From: the human T2T-CHM13v2.0 reference genome, Homo sapiens
Assembly (NCBI RefSeq): GCF_009914755.1
Contig: NC_060939.1
Direction: 5' to 3' (one strand)
Length of the DNA: 64,000 bases
Below, piece by piece: positions 58,156 through 64,000 of the stretch (position 1 is the stretch's first letter; each line of letters opens with the position of its first letter). Under the pieces are notes generated by a model. It made no database searches and had not been told where the DNA came from. It saw nothing but the letters and a program-made list of their open reading frames with translations. The position numbers and the translations under genes were made by a program.

Positions 58156-60400
58156 GAGAGGGACTTCCACTTCTGGCTAGGTGCTAGATATACTTCCTAC
58201 CTGAAACAACCAAAAAACCTGGAAAAATATATGAAATTATGATTTGTGACACACTGGCCCTCAAGCAACAAAGGACAGTGATCCCTGAGAAATGGGAAAC
58301 AAATGAGAAAAACTATGCAATTGCCTCAGTTTATGGTCTTGAACCATTTTAGCAAAGGGAGGGGAAAACAAGGCAGAGACACGTAGACTAGATATTGAGG
58401 AGTCACAGTTGAGGGTCCAGGGCCGCTAATGTGGGTTGAGTTCACTGGAAAGCGTACTAGAGAGGAGAGTGATGCCCAGAAAGAAAGAACTACAGAGATA
58501 TGCAGAGTGTCTCCTTGAGGAAGCAGCAGAGTACTGGTTAGCACATGTGTGTAAAAAAACTAACCAAGGCCAGGAATATCACTACCTAAATAAATTACAG
58601 GGAGCAGTACTGACTGCTCCAACAGAGCCAAAAATATGCAGACTGGAAAGCCTTTTATTTCATGGAGCATTATTTAGAATACTCAGAAGAATCTTGCATT
58701 AGTAGTGGGAAATAGTTATCTCTACACTAAATTCCATTCTGGCCACTATCAACAAATCTTAAAAACAAGCTCTAAAGGACCAAATTATGTCCAAGTAACT
58801 TTACTCCATCTCTTCTGAAGAAAACTGAAGAATATTTATAGGAACATAAAAATATCCAGCAGCCAATAAAGCAAAATCCACAATGTCTTGCACCCAAACA
58901 AATACTAATCAAGCATGATGCAGGAAAATATGATGCATAATGGGGAGAAAAATCAATGAATCGAAACTGATGGCAAACAGAAACAAGTGTTAGACTGGGA
59001 ACACAAATAGTTATAATAATTATATTCCATATAAGCTAAAACTTAAACATAAAAATATATTTTTAAAACTATTTAAACTAGATTTCTAGATATGAAAACT
59101 AAAATGCATGAAATGAAAAATACACTGGATAAGAAGTGGCAGAAATAAGATAAGACATCATGATAAAAGTGGTTATTGAACAATTGGACAGGTTTACATG
59201 GCTTAATACAGTGCAATTGGAGTCCCTAACAGAGCAGACTGGGGGAGGTATTTAAAGAAAATGGGTGAAAACTTTTCAAACTTGGTAAAACCTATAAACC
59301 ACAGACCCAAGAAACTCAACAAACTAGAAGCACAAGAAAAATAAAGAAAAGTACACATGCATCATAGTCAAATTGCTCAAAAGCAATGTAAAGAGAAAAG
59401 TTTCGTAGCAGGCAGAGAAAACAAAGAGGAACAAGGAAAAGAATGAGAGCTAATTTATCTTCAAAAACACTGCAGAGGAGAATGAAGCAATATTGTTTAA
59501 AGTATTAAAAGAAATAAAAAACTGTCAGCCTAGAATTTTATATCCAATGAAAATAGCTTTCAAAACCGAAGGCAAATACTTTTTCAGACATGCAAAAGCT
59601 AAGAGAACTCAACACCAACTGACTCTCAATATAATAAATGTTAAAGAGATTTCTTCAAGCAGAAGAGAAATAATAGCAGATTAAATATGGATCTCTGCAA
59701 AAAATGAAGAACACTAGAAATGGTAACTACATGGGTAAAGAGAAAACATTTTTTAAAAATGTTAATATATGTTTTAAATTGTCTGCTCAAATTAAAATAA
59801 TAATATGGTATTTAAAATACAAACACACACACACACATGTCTGCACACATATATGTAAAATGCTAGACAACAATATCCCAAGGTCAGGAGGGTTAAAATG
59901 GAAGTATGCCACTGTAAGGTTATTTTATTATATGTTAAGTGGTACAATATCACTTGAAAGTAGGAAGTTATAAGTTAAATATATATGTGTGTATATATAT
60001 ACATATAGTATATTCTAAAGAAATAATTAAAATAACAAAATCAAGAGTTGTAGCCATGAATTAACCAAAAAACCTAATAATAGAAAATAATACAAAAAAA
60101 GACCAAAACAGAACAAGGAACAGATAAGGCAAACAGAATTCGAATAGCAAGATGATAAAATTAAACTTATCAATGATCACATTAAGGGTGACTAGGGTAA
60201 ATATCCCAATTAAAAGGTGGAGATTATCACATTTTATTTTTATATAAAAGAGTGTATCAACTATATGCTTCTTAAAAGGAATACACTTTAAATATAAAAA
60301 CTCAAATCGATGAAAAACAAAAGGATGATAAAACATATATAATGCTAATTCTAGTCCAGAAAAATGGAATGTCTATATTATATCAGACGAAGTCAATTTT

Positions 60401-60733
<333 letters not shown>

Positions 60734-63310
60734 TAATGATGACTGTATTAATTCATCAAGAGCATATAATCATCCTAAATCTTTTTAGAATTTCCAAGAA
60801 AAAAAGCAAATCTACAGTTTATTGTCAAAGATTTCAACATCCTCTCTTAATATTTAATAGACCGATAGAAACCTAAGTAAGGATTCAGAAGATTTGAATA
60901 ACACTATCAACTAGCTAATCTAATTGCTATTTATAGAACATTACACCCAACAACAGCAGAATACATATTATTTTGAAGCAAACAGAGAACACTTATAGAT
61001 CATACTCTAGATCATAAAATATCTTAATACACTGAAAAGAATTTAGTATACACACTGTAATAGAATTTAATTAGATATAATTAACATAAAAGTTTCTGAG
61101 AAATTCTCAAATATATGAAAACCAAATAAAATATTTATTAATAACTCTTGGGCTAAAGAAAGCAAAAGAGAAAATAAAGTATTTTTTACAAATAAAAACT
61201 GAAAACACAACAGTGCTTATGGAAAATGTATAGCACTACATGCCTTTGTTAGTAAAAAAGAAAATATTCCCAATCAATTATCTCAGTTTCTATTTTAAGA
61301 AATCAGAAAAATAGAAGCAAGTTAATTCCAAATAAGTGTAAAAAAGGAAATAATTTTAAAAAACAGAAATAAGTGAAATAGAAAACAGAAAAAAAAAACA
61401 GAGGAAATCAATGCAGCCAAATGACATATTTAAAAAGAGAGAGAGAAAGAGATCAGTATATTGATATAACTGTGGCCAGCCTGTTCAGGAAAATAAGAGA
61501 GAACACAAATTAACAATATCACAAATGAGAGTGCTGGCGTCACTGAAGTTTCTACAGATATTAAAAGGATAATAAGAAAATATTTTATAATCTTATGAAT
61601 TAATTTAACAACTTAGATGACATGGATGGATTCCATAAAAGACAAATTACTTGAGCACATTCAAGAAAAAGTAAATAACATAAATTGCCTTATATCATTT
61701 AAAAACAATTGGATGTGTAGTTAAATACATCTTTTCTCTCCTTTCTCTCATTCTTCCCTTGAGGAATATCCCAGTCTCGGGTGGCTTCAATGATAAATTC
61801 TACCAAATATTTGAAGATAAAATAATACAAATTCTATGTAAGCTCTTCCAGAAAACTGAAGAAATCCTTACCAACTAATTCCATGAGGACAGTATTGCTC
61901 TGATACTCAAACCAGACAAAAATATTACAAGAAGATAACACTACAGATTAGTATTTCTCATCTTTGCAAATAAAAAATGTTTTAAAGAAAATTTCAGTAG
62001 ATCAACACAACAGTATATAAAAATAATAGTATATCATGATCAAGTGAGGATGTATGCCAAGAATGCAAGGTCTGGTTAACATTCAAATATTAATCAATGC
62101 AATTTGCCATAAACTAAAAAACAGAAGAGCAACTGATTATCTCAGTAAATTCTGGGGAAAAAAGAATATGGGAAATTAAGAGAAAAGAAAATGAGAAATT
62201 CCTGATTTTAAAAAACACAACAACAACTCTCAGAAAACCAGAAATAGAAAGAAACTTCCTCAATATGATAATGGACATTTAAAAAACAAACAAACAAATA
62301 CATAGGTAGCATCATACAAAATAGTGCAAGACTGAATATTTTATTGAAAACAAGACAAGAATGGTTGCTCTCCAACTTCCTACTCAATATTTAATTGGAG
62401 GTAACATATAGTATAATAAGGCAAGAAAAATAAATAAAATGTCCCCAGACTGGAAAGAAACATGAAATTTTCTTTACTTACAGATAACATGATCGTCTAT
62501 GTAGAAAATCTGGTAGAACCTTCAAAATCACTCTTAGAACCCATATTTGAGTTGAGCAAGGCTGCATAATACAAGATCAATGTACAAAAGCCAATCATGT
62601 TTCAATAAAACACAAAAAATATGAAATTGAAATTTTTAAAAATATCTTTCACATTATTTAAAAATATAAAATATTTAGGGATAAATCTGACAAAAATGTA
62701 CAGGCATATACACTAAAATTATGACATTGCTGACAGACATCAGAGACAACTTAAATACATTGTGATATATATAGCATTTATGAGTCAGAACCATTACCCC
62801 AGTAGTGTTTTACTTTGGTGTGGGAGGAGTAGAAATTGAAAGTCTTATTCTGAATGTATGGGTATGCATAGATTTTAAAATAGCTAAAATAACTTTGAAA
62901 AAGAACAAATTTGAAGGACTAGTACGACCAGATTTCAAGAGTTATAAAACTATATAAACAGAGTGTGGTATCAATATGAAGCTAGAGAAATCAGTTTATG
63001 AAACAGAAATAAAGCCACACGTATATGGACAACTAATTTAAAACAAAGTTGCCAAAGGCAATTCAATGAGGAAGGAATACTCTTTAATAAATGATGCTGG
63101 CACAATTAGATATCCATATATAAAAGCGAACTTCAATACATACCTCACAGAGATATGAAAATTAAATCAAAATGGATCATAGACCTAAATGTAAAATCTA
63201 AAACAATAAAATACAGAAGGAAACTTTTGTGACCTTGGGTTAGGAAATAATTTTTTAAATAGGACACCAAAAGAACAATCTACAAAATTAAAAAAAAAAA
63301 AAAAAACTAG

Positions 63311-63729
63311 TGTTGTAGACTGAGAGTTTTTGCCTCTCAAAATTCATATGTAGAATCCTTAACCCTCAGTGTGGCTGTATTTGGAGATGAGACTTATATG
63401 GAAGTAATTAAGTTTAAATGAGATTGTAAGGGTGCAACACTGATCCAATAGGATTGGTGTCTTTATTAGAAGAGACACCAGAGCACTCTCTCACTCCTTC
63501 TCCCTGCCTCCGCCCCCTGCCATACACAGACATTCACTGAGGAATGGCCCTGAGAGCACACAGGGATATTGTGGACATCTGCAACCCAAGAGGACAGCCT
63601 TCACCCTGCACCTACTCTACTACCACCTCGATCTTGGACTTCTGACCTCCAGAACTGTGAGAAAAATTCTGTTGGATAAGCCTCTCAGTCTGTGGTATTT
63701 TGTTACAGTAACCCAAGCCGACTAAGATA
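63311..63729 (+). mobile_element. MLT1A-like MaLR solo LTR nested in L1M
   Basis: CAAAATTCATATGT..AATCCTTAACCCTCAGTGTGGCTGTATTTGGAGATG...GACTAAGATA. Confidence 0.88.
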
Positions 63730-64000
63730 CTTGATAATTCAGTCTTCATCAAAATTAAAAACTGCTCTTCACAAGGCACTGCTAAGAAAATGAAAGATAA
63801 GTTACAGAATGAGAAAAAATATTTTCTAATTCTACATCTAATAAAAAACTGGTATCTAGAATATGTGAAGAATTCCTACAACTGAATTATATGACATAAA
63901 CAACCTAATAAGTAAATGGACAAAACATTTGAAAAGATACTGCACCAGAAAGAGATAGGTGGCAAATAAGTGCATGAAATACAATTCATCATTAGAGAAA

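Overview
This is primate (very probably human) non-coding genomic DNA, dense in interspersed repeats: Alu J/S/FAM, L1PA/L1PB/L1MA/L1M, L2, L3/CR1, MIR, MaLR/ERV LTRs, a complete THE1C element and DNA-transposon fossils. I find no credible protein-coding gene, RNA gene or CRISPR array. The supplied ORFs come from repeats, low-complexity sequence or chance. The first ~1.7 kb is CpG-enriched and looks promoter-like, with divergent splice donors, but I cannot name the locus from sequence alone. I do not see a new multi-gene system. The most unusual signals are retrotransposition structures: (1) a twin-primed L1PB1 that contains an inverted copy of its own 5' junction and flank, (2) an L1MA plus ~500 bp of non-L1 DNA apparently inserted as one TSD-flanked cassette (candidate ancient 3' transduction), and (3) two Alu-family elements inserted in turn at one target, leaving a triple TSD. 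Subfamily names are from recalled consensus motifs. Boundaries of old repeats are approximate.
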